A DNA stretch of 60,581 nt, filler included, from Nemertoderma westbladi (lineage: Eukaryota > Animalia > Xenacoelomorpha), in NCBI GenBank assembly GCA_032718475.1. It is 3 parts of 3 records of this genome, joined end to end, with 100 filler letters (N's around TTAATTAATTAA, not from the genome) between each part and the next. Parts side by side here need not be neighbours in the genome. Positions count along the whole stretch, not along the records: positions 45,855 to 60,581 come from JAUCBJ010002912.1; 2 more parts are not named here. One strand, 5' to 3'. Below, one piece after another: positions 49,125 through 60,581 of the stretch (positions are counted from its first letter, which is position 1; each line of letters starts with the position of its first letter). The position numbers and the translations under genes are program-made. The notes beneath the pieces are model-generated. The model was given only the letters and a program-made list of their open reading frames with translations, searched no databases and was not told where the DNA came from.

Positions 49125-51762
49125 CTACTACTACTAGGTCGAGCGAACTCGGGCAGTGGAAATGAGATCCTTCCAGGCTTCCCGATTCTCCATAGTTGTC
49201 GCAATTTCGTTTCTCCCAAGTTCAGTATCCCTTTCAAGTTGATCTATATATGTTATGACCGGTCGTCCACGACTACGCTTTCCATGAGTTGGTTGCCAGA
49301 AAAGTAGATCTGGTATGACCTCGTCTTTACTTCGCCAGCAGTGCCCACTGAATCTTAATCTGCGTTCACGGAGGGTGGTTGATACAGGCGGTATTGTACC
49401 ATAAAGCTCGGCGTTTGTCATGTGTTGACTCCAGCTGATGTTTAGGGCTGCCCTTAAAGGCTACCATCAATTCGTTGTTCAAGTGATTTAGTCAGTGTCC
49501 AGGTCTCACCCCAGTAAAAAAATACACTTTCCACTGTGGCTCGGAAGAACTTAGTCTTCAGGTGCCTGGAGAGATCTGATTTCCAGATGGTATCAATTTT
49601 TGATAGAGCTACCCAAGCCTTTGCTTTCCTAACTTCTATGTCCTTTTTGCTACTCTCTATCCATGATCCAAGGTACTGGATGACGTCGACCTTCCTTAGT
49701 TGATTATTATCAATGGTTGTCAAGTTTCCATCAACATTAAAGGTCACGAATTCGGTCTTGGTAGCATTTATATACAATCCAACCTCCTTATCAGCCCTCT
49801 CCACTTTATTTAGTAGAAGCTGTGCATTTGCTGGCATATTAGAGAGCAGGGTGATGTCATCCGCAAAGTCGGTGTCTGTGACTGTAGTTGCCGGATATCT
49901 ACTACTTCTGCGTTCTTGAAGTGTGAATCCCAGATCTTCACACTTTGTGGCCGTCCTCATTGCGTAATCGAGCACAATTACAAATAGTAATGGTGCTAAT
50001 GTTTCACCATGCAGTACGCCAGCCAGGATTGAGAAAAACTCAGTTTCACCATCTGGTGAGACTACCTGCGCTTCTGTGTAACAATATAACAATCCAATGC
50101 CAGCAACAATTACTTCTGGTATTCCATAAGTTCTTAGGATTTCAAGCATTTTACCTCTATGGATGGAGTCGAATGCCTTCTTGAAGTCCACAAAAGTCAT
50201 GACTGCGGGGAGATTCTTTGACTTAATTCCTTCAATCAGTCTCCGTAGTGCAAATATCTGAGCTATTGTTGATCTACTTGGTCGAAATCCGTTTTGGTTC
50301 TTACGCAGTAGTTTCTCTATGTGAGGCCTAATCCTATACAGAATCATTTTATTGTATATTTTGGCAGCTACCACAAGCAGACAGATCCCACGATAGTTTG
50401 TTGGTATGCCGAGGTATCCTTTCTTGGGGAGAGGCTTTAGTTGACCTTTAGTTCAAATTGGTGGTGGCTTTTCCCCATTTAACATCCGGTTCCAAACATT
50501 CAATAATGGTCTGTTGAGCACTCCGGTTTTCCATACCTCCGCTGGGATTTCATCTAATCCATTTGCTTTATTATTGGACATGCTTTTAATGCTTCTTTGG
50601 AGTTCGGCAGGTGTGAAGTCCCCTGTTTCTATAGGTAGTGTCTTGTCATATATTTTCTTTGTAGGGCTGACCTCGATGTTTGGTGGCTGCCCAAGCAAGT
50701 TGCTGAAGTGATTTTACCACTTCCCAACACGTTCTTCAGGACTATCGCCTTTGAGTCGCCCCTTTGCACGACTTTTCCAACCAGATACCTCATTTACAGT
50801 TTGCCAGGTAAGTCTTGATTGTTGCTGTATGTGAGCAGTTGTAATTGCTTCAATTTTACCCTGTATGTACTTTTCCTGGCTGATGTTGTAGGCCAATTTA
50901 AGATCGTCCTTAGCTTTCTCAACCTTGTTACTGTTTTCGGTTGTTGGTTGTTTGGTTTTAACTTTGTAGGCTGTCTTAAGATCTTCTCTCTTACAAGTAA
51001 CCTCAGAGTTTTGCCATGCACATACTGTTTTCGTTTGGGTTTCTGGGCGATATGCCTCTTAGCTGATTCCTTGTGGGCTGATATTATATTCTGATATATT
51101 GAATCTTCATCCATTGACTGAAGTGCTTCAAAGCGGTTATGAATTTCTACTGTGTAAGCATCCTTTGCAGCATTGTCAGTTCTGAGTTCTGAGTTTCTCC
51201 CAGTCATAGTTGATTTGCTTGCTTGTCCTGGGTTTGCTGGCTCTCTGCTTAGGGTGAACGAGCTGTATGCCTCGCAGTTGATCATGCTGTTTCTCCACTT
51301 TTTGTTTATAAGGATGTAATCCAGTTGTGCTTTGGTTCCATTAGGGTATTGAAAGGTCCATAGCTTCCCCTTACTCTTTTCGAATGTGTTGTTTGTTGGT
51401 ATCAATTCAAATTCTTCCATTCGGTCTAAAAGTAATTACCCATTTCTGTTAGAACTGGTGTTATAGGTGTAACCCTTGATGTCTTCTGGGCCAATTTGCG
51501 CATTCAGGTCACCAGCAATGAGTTTAACATTGTATTTCGGAGTGTCCTTTATAAGTCCAGTCAGATCTTCATAAAATATCACTGCTTGTTCTGGCTCTGA
51601 GGCATTGGTTGGACTGTAGCAACATATAACTGTTGCCTTGGGATTCCCATCAAATGTTGCGATCATAACCCTGGAATTTATAGATTCGATGTTGTTTAGG
51701 GTCTTAAGTGCAAATGGGCTTAGCAGAATTCCTACTCCACCAATTGATGCATTGACCGAGCT
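49125..51762 (-). mobile_element. LINE family A, longest copy (APE endonuclease plus RT, RTE-like), frameshifted
   Basis: CYSPTN, AGDLNAQ, QLDYIL, QNGFR, FVDFKKAFDSI, DFADDI; (TAG)n tail with essentially no 3' UTR; clade assignment is inference. Confidence 0.95.
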
Positions 51763-54198
51763 GTGGAGCTTGTTAAGTCACCCGACAAGTAAGCTACATT
51801 ATAATCATTATGTACCAGGAACTTACAAATTATATGAAAGTATGTATCAATTTCATTATATTGTGTAGTAAATAGTTCATTCAAAAAGTAAAAAATAGTT
51901 TAAAAAAGAAAAAAATTAGTTAAAAAACTAAAAATTAGTTAACAAAAGTCAAAATTAGTTTAAAAAAAGTATGTTAAAAAAAGTAAAAAAATTGTTTAAA
52001 AAGGGCTTTTTTTAACTAATTTTCTGGAAATTAGTGAAAAAAGTTAGATTAATCAACTCAATTTTAAAATTATTAGTGAGAAAAAGAGCCTTTTTCAAGT
52101 AAATAATTTTTTTTATATACGACATTTCGAGTCAGCGTGTTCCTTATTATAATGAATATATATATATAACAAGGAGAAAACAACCACGTTTTCACGAACG
52201 GAGATGAATGTAAAGTACATCAAAAACACATGACATAAAAATAAGAGTTTAAGAATATAGAAACAAATCACTGTTCAAAATATCATTAACAATGTGAAAA
52301 TATTTAATTGCCAGAATTTGTTAAAGCAGAAAATATACGTTTTTTACTTATTTGACCAATTCGAGTAAACATAACTAACTTTATTATTGGTTGACAGCAT
52401 CGTCTGGAAGCCCACACTAATTTTAACATTCGGTATTTTTGCACAATTTCAGTTTATCGGTTATAAATTCAGGGTCCAATTTAGATAAAATCTTTGGTGG
52501 GGTTAGAAGAACATGGAATTTTTCCGAGTAAAATATTTTTTTACCGATCAAATATTGGTCAGATTTGAATGATTGCCATTACCAATTAATAGGAAGTACT
52601 CTTACAAATTTTATCACATGTGAAGAAAACGATATTTCGAGGTGATATATATAAAAATCATGGGATTTTAGAGAATAGTTTGTCAATGGAAATTGCATTT
52701 TTCGAATTGCAATATGTAAAATGTATGTTCCTATAAGTGCAGTGAGAAAGGGCCTTAATTAATAATTTAATTAATAATAATAATTTATTTACACAACGGT
52801 ATTTACAACAATAAAAATTGAGAGCAGGGTGATTGGTTGTTGTTATTGAGGTTGAAAGGCCAGTCAGCGGCAACAATTTATTTTAGAAATTTTTGTTACA
52901 ATATGATATTCAACAGTGGGCATATTAGCACTTCCACCAATATTGTTTAAAAATTAACATTCAAACAATACATTGAATAGTTACTCTTAAAAGACGAGCC
53001 TTAGTAGTTAGTATTTCATTGATAGATCCGGGATTTATAGACATTTATAGCACGACAGTTAGGAAAAGTCCAGATTGGCAACAAGAAAATTGCACACATC
53101 ATTTGCGATTTTTGGGTCCTAAACAAAAGACACAATTCAAAACTCGATATTACGCGAGTATTAAATATCATAAATTCGAAGCTTAATGCGATAGTAAGCT
53201 AGATTAAAATTTTTTATTATTTGCTATAAACAATTTTAGATAATAACATTCTTAAATGTCTCAAACTCCAAGAAAATGTTTGAAATAAAAGCCTTTCTGA
53301 GAGAAAGTAAGTGATCAGAACCATAACCATATAGCAATATATCTTGACGCCATTCATTCAATAACAACCATTATTTGAGCTCGAAATTAGAATAAATTAA
53401 ACATTTAATTAAAAACTTATATTTTTAACTTAACACCATAGCTTTCACTTGTACATGGAGCAAATATCATTTTTAGTCCAGTAACACTAAAAGTTCACTT
53501 GTTATATTAAAACAGTATGTCCTGTGTGTGATCTCACAATGTTGAATTGTTACAAATGTGACAGAAGTTAAAATATTTTTCTGTGAGAGTACCTGTAGTA
53601 TATAGATGACAAAAATGCAATGCTTAAAAAAATTCGACCAATGGAAGTATTGAAACTTTGTAACAATTTTTTCTTTCCTTGGCAACATGAATCTTACATA
53701 GCAACAAGGTAACTAACTAACTATGGGTAACTAACTACTGGGATTTAACCCACTTTTAGTGCAGACAATACTTAGTCCAATGAATATCGATTGAGTGAAA
53801 TATAGGCTTCTACATAGATGCACAAAGAATATATTAGTTAACAAATAGAAAGCCATTCCTCTCCACGTGATACATAACATTGTGTTAAAATTATTTGTCA
53901 AAGAAGTACAGTATAAACACATAATTAATTTATTAATTACTGTAGTTATAGAATTTTATTTATGGTAAAGTAGTAATATATATATGGGAATAAATGTAAA
54001 TAAAAAATTATAAGTTATGATTTATTAATTACTACAATTTATTATTAATATAACATTGCGAATCATATTCAGTATTATTGTAATTGTAATATTGAATTTG
54101 TAAACATATCCTCCATACCGTGGCGCATAACGAAACTCTAACTGGTGCCACTTAAGTCCCATTTGGCGGTCGCCATATCGTAGTAAAGAGAGGCGACA

Positions 54199-54270
54199 AT
54201 GAACTACTTCAAACACTTCTTCTGTCTGGCGTTGCGACCTGCATGTATTATCATTTCACTCTACACCATT
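54199..54270 (+). CDS. LAPTM/DUF4728-like multi-pass membrane protein, exon 1
   Basis: MNYFKHFFCLALRPACIIISLYTI (compare CxxLRxGxIII); donor TT|GTAAGT, phase 0. Confidence 0.68.
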
Positions 54271-54961
54271 GTAAGTATCTTTATATACATACAATCTACA
54301 TTTGATATATAATATATACATATTTATATATTTTCCCTCCGTTCTATTGCCGGTTAACTTCAGTTGATAACGTCGACTAAGCAGAATAATAATTTCTAAC
54401 AGAAGTTTTACAATATGTATAACATGTATATTGGTTTTATATAAATCAAACATATTATTTCAATATTTAACAAGTTATGAAGTTTAAAATTTTTAATTTT
54501 ATTATTTTCCCGTTAAAGCTACAGTTTTTTCAGAGACAAATAAATACCGCTTTACTGTGCCCATGTTCTACTATAGTAAGAACTCAGTAGCATTTAGCGT
54601 CATAAAAAATTAAGTAAAGTAATATTCCGCCGCTAGGCGTGGAATGACCACCCAAGGTCTACTTACTTCCACTTCCTAATCCCCGGCCAGTCTATTAAAA
54701 GCATTCATTCCGAAACGAAACTCACCTTGCTTCACTTCCGGGGAGATTGAATTCAGGGCAATGGATTTAACCAATAAGCGAGAAGGTGGGAGGACCTAAT
54801 GAGTCCTAATCATCAATATCACATAACTTCTCGCATAACATTTTGCAATGGAAATTCAATTCTAAACCTAAACTAACTGCACTATATATTTATTTCCCAT
54901 GTTGATGCCTAATATTAATCAATTTATTCATTTAAATAATCACTATAACACTTTTCTTTAG

Positions 54962-55055
54962 ATATTTTATTCTCTGGATATAGCCTGGAGGATTTACTCG
55001 GAACCAGGAGTTGAGGGCGCCATGGAATGGGTGAACTCAGCAGATCAAGATAAAG
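54962..55055 (+). CDS. LAPTM/DUF4728-like protein, exon 2
   Basis: TTTTCTTTAG acceptor; IFYSLDIAWRIYSEPG..DQDK; donor AAG|GTAAAG, phase 1. Confidence 0.7.
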
Positions 55056-55251
55056 GTAAAGTAAAAAAAAAATTAAACATAAAAGTAGTCTACCAAAATT
55101 AATAATAATATTAATTAATTATATTTAATTTGATTGTCATGAAACGTGACAGGCGATGAAAGCAAGGTAGCACATAGTATAATATAACATGAATGGAAGA
55201 AGATTGAAAACAGAAGGGAGGAGAACATTGAAATAAATGAAAGAAATGGAG

Positions 55252-56186
55252 TAAAGTACCTCAGAAACAAAGAGTTCTCTGGTATCCTCCAACTAAAGTA
55301 CCTCAGAAACAAAGAGTTCTCTGGTATCCTCCAACTAAAGTACCTCAGAAACAAAGAGTTCTCTGGTATCCTCCAACTAAAGTACCTCAGAAACAAAGAG
55401 TTCTCTGGTATCCTCCAACTAAAGTACCTCAGAAACAAAGAGTTCTCTGGTATCCTCCAACTAAAGTACCTCAGAAACAAAGAGTTCTCTGGTATCCTCC
55501 AACTAAAGTACCTCAGAAACAAAGAGTTCTCTGGTATCCTCCAACTAAAGTACCTCAGAAACAAAGAGTTCTCTGGTATCCTCCAACTAAAGTACCTCAG
55601 AAACAAAGAGTTCTCTGGTATCCTCCAACTAAAGTACCTCAGAAACAAAGAGTTCTCTGGTATCCTCCAACTAAAGTACCTCAGAAACAAAGAGTTCTCT
55701 GGTATCCTCCAACTAAAGTACCTCAGAAACAAAGAGTTCTCTGGTATCCTCCAACTAAAGTACCTCAGAAACAAAGAGTTCTCTGGTATCCTCCAACTAA
55801 AGTACCTCAGAAACAAAGAGTTCTCTGGTATCCTCCAACTAAAGTACCTCAGAAACAAAGAGTTCTCTGGTATCCTCCAACTAAAGTACCTCAGAAACAA
55901 AGAGTTCTCTGGTATCCTCCAACTAAAGTACCTCAGAAACAAAGAGTTCTCTGGTATCCTCCAACTAAAGTACCTCAGAAACAAAGAGTTCTCTGGTATC
56001 CTCCAACTAAAGTACCTCAGAAACAAAGAGTTCTCTGGTATCCTCCAACTAAAGTACCTCAGAAACAAAGAGTTCTCTGGTATCATCCAACTAAAGTACC
56101 TCAGAAACAAAGAGTTATCTGGTATCATCCAACTAAAGTACCTCAGAAACAAAGAGTTCTCTGGTATCCTCCAACTAAAGTACCTC
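55252..56186. repeat. Near-perfect 42-bp intronic minisatellite, about 22.3 copies
   Basis: TAAAGTACCTCAGAAACAAAGAGTTCTCTGGTATCCTCCAAC; 935 bp = 22 x 42 + 11; variants only near the right end. Confidence 0.97.
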
Positions 56187-56245
56187 TACTGATGCAGGGG
56201 AAAGTGCCAAGAGCTCCCGATGTATCAGTGGCCATACCGGGCATA

Positions 56246-57457
56246 CAGGGCGCAGCCACGTTCCCAAAAGTGGGGGGGACGATAAAATAATTTTAGGCCC
56301 GGCATATAACTCCCCCCCCCCCCCCCCCCCAAAAAAAAAAAAACAACAACATTTTTTTTCTACAAATCTTAATGAGATTGCATGAAATTTGAAACAGTTA
56401 GTTTCACCTCCCTCCTCCTTGCTGGGTGAGCCAGAATTTTTATTTTCGCTTTCATTCTTTAGCTACAAGCGGTTGAAAAAGGTGTTTAAAAAGATAGAAA
56501 TAAGCGCTATACAAGGAAAACTCTACAGTTGATTACAGCTCTACTGTAACCAATGGCCCCTCAAGCGGGCCTGTCCTCAGGCTGTGTGCCAGTCCCTTTG
56601 AAGAGTGTTGTCCTTGGCGCTATACAATACTTAATATTGAGAAGTTAAAAAGAATCAAAATTATTCAGATATACAATTACAATACAATTTAGACCGCAAA
56701 GTGAAAACCTGGTATTATTCACATGGGCATTTGAACCAATTGCAACTCAATTATTTTTCAACCTTAAAGTGATTGGTTGGTTGAGAACGAAATATCGCGA
56801 TGATGGATTCCAAATATGTAATAAGATTATATATATACACAATATTCTGGAACATTTGTTTATCTGCTGCGTACTAGCATTATTATATACAGTAGGTAAA
56901 TATTGTATTGTTGCCCAGCTGCTGATTAGTTACATATTAGAATGTAGAATAAATGGACTCCATCACAGCTCACGGAAAATATGTAACTTTCAACGCCCTA
57001 ACTGCCATATCTCAGATATTCCTTTTGAAAAATTCTGAATTTATTACATTATTTAGTTTCCCTTCAACAACGTCATCTTACATTCGTTATCGAAGGTCGA
57101 CTGGGATACCCACTGTATTTAAAGCGCTTGTAGGTAAGGATTGAAAGTGAAGACGGGTTGATACAGTATCTCGACACGGGGAATTAACAAAATATTTAAT
57201 TATCAATAAATTTGTTTTAGTTATTCTAACGAAAACAATTTAAGCGAAATTGTGGGGATATATATAGTTCATGGAAATATGCGATAGGGTTGGGAAGGAT
57301 AGAAATGTACGTAGGAGTTATTAGTTATACTGTAATACCCGATCAGAGTTTATTACGATTATTTGAATTTTAAATTGTATAAGATATGGTGTCCCCCCCT
57401 ACCTGAAAAGTGGGAGGGACGTGTCCCCCCCCGTCCCCCCCTATGGCTGCGCCACTA
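56246..57457. mobile_element. Possible hAT-like non-autonomous element ends
   Basis: CAGGGCGCAGCCA / TGGCTGCGCCACTA with shared AAAAGTGGG.GGGAC; no target-site duplication seen, so the ends may not be paired. Confidence 0.4.
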
Positions 57458-57854
57458 GAAAACGAGCAGCTGAAGTAGTGTTGTAACCACGCAGCGGAAA
57501 ACCCAATAGCCGAACACTGAAATGAACTGGCTAACGATCTGCTAGTTTGGGTCAGTATCCAGTACTGGGAGAACATGTCTGGGAAGTATGAAGCTTGCAG
57601 GAAGATGTGTAATATATTGCTGAGAAAGCCCATCCATTCATTCACTTACGATTTTCACTTTAATTCGTAAAATTCGAATTACAACAATCATATTATACAT
57701 TATTTATTCAACACATTATATACAAATTATGGTTTAGTTTATTCCCTTATAGTAAAATCAATGTGGCAAAAAATCGGTATCGTAAGCTTGTCATCAAATT
57801 ATCAAAACGTGTTGCATTGCCACTGCATTATATATATATATTACATATATATTA

Positions 57855-58310
57855 AGAAGCTGTGCCGGCTTGAAGACAAAACTGCGCCGCCACAACCCCA
57901 TAACACCCATGACATTCCGCATCTCCAAGGCCAATGTCCTTTAACGGAAGTCCCAATAAAGTTATGGACTGTACACCATGCTTGTTTAGCCCATGAGGCT
58001 GCCAAAGCACAAGATTGTGCACTGGCTGGTCCATACGGCGAAATGTCCTGCAAAGCGGAAGAGGTTCTTTTCAAGTATCATGCAATGCTACCCATTATTT
58101 TCCCTTACATATCCAAAGGTCTTCATCTGACTTCAGGATTCATGATCCAAGTAGCAGAAGTCATCCACGTTCTCAAGCAGCATATAATATAACGATCAGA
58201 CAGTTCCTCAGGGCAGTCGAAGTCAAAATTTTGGTCTTCCTGGAGTTAACAAAAAGACCAACACTAGAAGTAGCCTGTTCTAATGAGCTGAGAAGACGTT
58301 TGTGCTCCCT
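57855..58310 (-). mobile_element. Heavily deleted relic of the LINE family B 3' region
   Basis: Collinear patches matching 40590-41335 (LLSSLE.A.S.VGL, DQPVHNLVLWQPHG) with many internal deletions. Confidence 0.85.
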
Positions 58311-58695
58311 ATACTATACTATATATTTATGATGAAACCATGCCTAATAAATAAATTATATTTATGTATTAATTATTATAAACATTGGATAATTTTTTAA
58401 TAATTATATCGTTTTTTTGGACAACTATAATAAAATAAAAAAGTCAGCCAAAAGTCAAAATATGAAATTTGGTAAAATCTGGTTCTCATGGTATTACAGG
58501 TATGATTGGTTATTAATAATTATAATTACAATTTAATTGATATAATCTGTTCAGTGTGGGTGATGGGATACACCTAGATTTATTTCCAACCAATGGAAAG
58601 AGACACAACCTTTGAAAACATTATATTTATTATTAAAATATGTATTATTAAATAAATTTTGATTACAACAAAGTTACATTTTTTATTCAATGTAG

Positions 58696-58919
58696 TTCTG
58701 GTATCCATGCAAGTGGTGATGTGGACTTCAGGTGTTCTTCACATCCTTCTTGTGCTGACGGCATTCCTCCTGCTCGTTGGGGCTTCCATTAACAGCCAAG
58801 CTCTCATTCTGCCATGGCTTATGATGTTTGCCCTTGACCTCATATTTCAGGTCATAGCTGCAATCGTCTTCTGGATTGAAACAAAAGCCGCTTTCATTTG
58901 GCACAACAGTACGTGCGAG
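58696..58919 (+). CDS. LAPTM/DUF4728-like protein, exon 3
   Basis: Phase 1 fits exon 2; two hydrophobic helices with the motif LLLVGASINSQALILPWL; donor GAG|GTAAGT. Confidence 0.78.
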
Positions 58920-58997
58920 GTAAGTTAATTATTCTTGTTTGAAATTGATTCACGGAAAAAATTATATATAAATTTAATTTAATTTGTTACAAAACAG

Positions 58998-59174
58998 AAT
59001 CACTGCCACCAATCCCTTTCACCTGTGCCTAATAACTACGCATGTATGCCACCAATTATCTCGAATGAATCTCAAAGAAATTGTGCTTATGATCGGAAAG
59101 TTCTCACTTTAACTCGTTGCAACCTAGACATTCTCGAACCGTGTGCTGCTAAATATCATGGGCTTATCGATTAA
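58998..59174 (+). CDS. Candidate exon 4 (Cys-rich) of the membrane-protein gene
   Basis: CAG at 58995-58997 (weak pyrimidine tract); 58 open codons in phase 0, then TAA. Confidence 0.35.
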   Translation, partial: NHCHQSLSPVPNNYACMPPIISNESQRNCAYDRKVLTLTRCNLDILEPCAAKYHGLID

Positions 59175-60302
59175 TTAAGGTAAAATCTGGTGGAATAGGG
59201 TTATTTCGTAGTTTTTTCTCCAATACTGGTCATCCTATAGCTTACAACAGAAATGTCATTACGAGGTCAAGTATTGCTACTGACTACTTGTAGACACATG
59301 ACATCCTCCATAGCAACCGAGAATAGCTCAATCATGGCAGCAGAGACAATGTCGTCAAATGATGCCAATAAAGAAAAATAAATTGAATTGAAGAATTGAA
59401 ATAAAATGAAATGAAATGAAATAAAGAAAACAAAATAAGATAAGAAATCGCTCTAGCTGAAGAGTGAAATAAAATTTGGGAAATTGATTGTGATGATTAA
59501 CTAGTTATTGGATTTGAAAATGATTTATGTAATGGAAAGCCAGACCATCATCACTATTTATTAATTGAGGCTGGAATTGATAATCAAAGGTCATGGATGG
59601 AATAATTGCCATTCATTGTGATTCATACATCTTGTACTAGCAATGGATGATGCAAATAAGCTCGGTACGGTACCGATATCTACCTATGTAGCTTGTGTTG
59701 TCTGTATCTGTGATGAATGACTTAATATTAGGCCAACCTCAGTGTGACCGTAGAATAAGGCACAATCATACTGAAAGAATACTGTTATTTATTTCACTAT
59801 GTGATATATAGCTATAAATATTTTTAAGAAATAAAGTACCAGGTAATTAAACATTCACTTTTCAATTAAAATTGAATACTCCAAAGCTGTGATCTAGCAA
59901 TTAGTATGATTACAGTTCTTATCTCTAAAAATTCGCACTGTAATATTACAAAGCACTAGATCTAAAGTAAACACTTAGTAAGAACTACTACACTATTCAT
60001 TTCAGACTGCTCATGATATGCATGCAGAGTAATTGGGGATTTGTATGGCTGATCACGAACTGTGAAGGTGTTTGGCCACTTTATGTACGTACAAACACAT
60101 TTTGTAATTTGACCTTTCTACTTGTTCAACTTGTTATAATCTGGTTTTATTCATGTTTTGGTGCTACTTCCTCGATAAACCTACTGTGACACGCATTCAT
60201 TGAGATTATAAACCAGAATGTTATATTGATGTCAAGAAGAGCAAGCAACGTGGGTGGATACAAGGCAATACTCAAACATTACTATGAACAATTATTATAA
60301 TA

Positions 60303-60563
60303 ATGCTGAGGTCTGGTCAAGTAGGGCCAATGGAATTACCAGACAGAAAAATTTCCCTTTTAATCCTGGCAGTAATCCTAGTTTCTTTTTCTCTCAGTAG
60401 AGTTGGAATTTTGTTGGGTGTTTTCACTCTACTAATATACGTAGCATTTTATCCGGAAGGTCGCAATGGTGACGATGAGACTGTAGATGATAAACTCTAT
60501 AATTATGGTGGGGCCTCAATTCCAAAACCCAAACAGCTCTTCCCTGCGATCCCACCACTTTAA
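60303..60563 (+). CDS. Possible small membrane protein
   Basis: 86-aa ORF (77 aa from the second Met) with a hydrophobic hairpin and a polar tail; no family recognised. Confidence 0.3.
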   Translation: MLRSGQVGPMELPDRKISLLILAVILVSFSLSRVGILLGVFTLLIYVAFYPEGRNGDDETVDDKLYNYGGASIPKPKQLFPAIPPL

Positions 60564-60581
60564 GCTTGTTAGTCACTGCTA

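Noticed and set aside
55115-56152. 345-aa repeat protein on the minus strand, or an LRR-like reading on the plus strand
   Set aside because: No synonymous variation, non-ATG start, intronic location; a 14-aa period is too short for an LRR

Overview
Eukaryotic (AT-rich, spliceosomal-intron, invertebrate-like metazoan) genomic DNA in three blocks (1-19212, 19313-45754, 45855-60581) joined by two artificial 100-nt N-linkers. Genes read by hand: intronless mitochondrial ribosomal protein L10 (minus strand); a HERPUD-like terminal exon; five exons of an activin/myostatin-like TGF-beta precursor whose mature domain is absent; a complete 5-exon uncharacterised 328-aa gene (minus) head-to-head with a plus-strand gene around an RFX X-box; and a LAPTM/DUF4728-like membrane protein gene. 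The rest is LINE copies (three families), tRNA-derived SINE-like heads, nested MITEs/Helitron and minisatellites. The most striking feature is that the two largest satellites are tandem amplifications of their own host gene's exon end plus 5' splice site: 233 x 53 bp (AG|GTGAGT) and about 70 x 55-60 bp (AT|GTAAGT). Only the first donor of each array keeps the reading frame. A small C-rich repeat at the window start appears to copy a 3' splice site in the same way.
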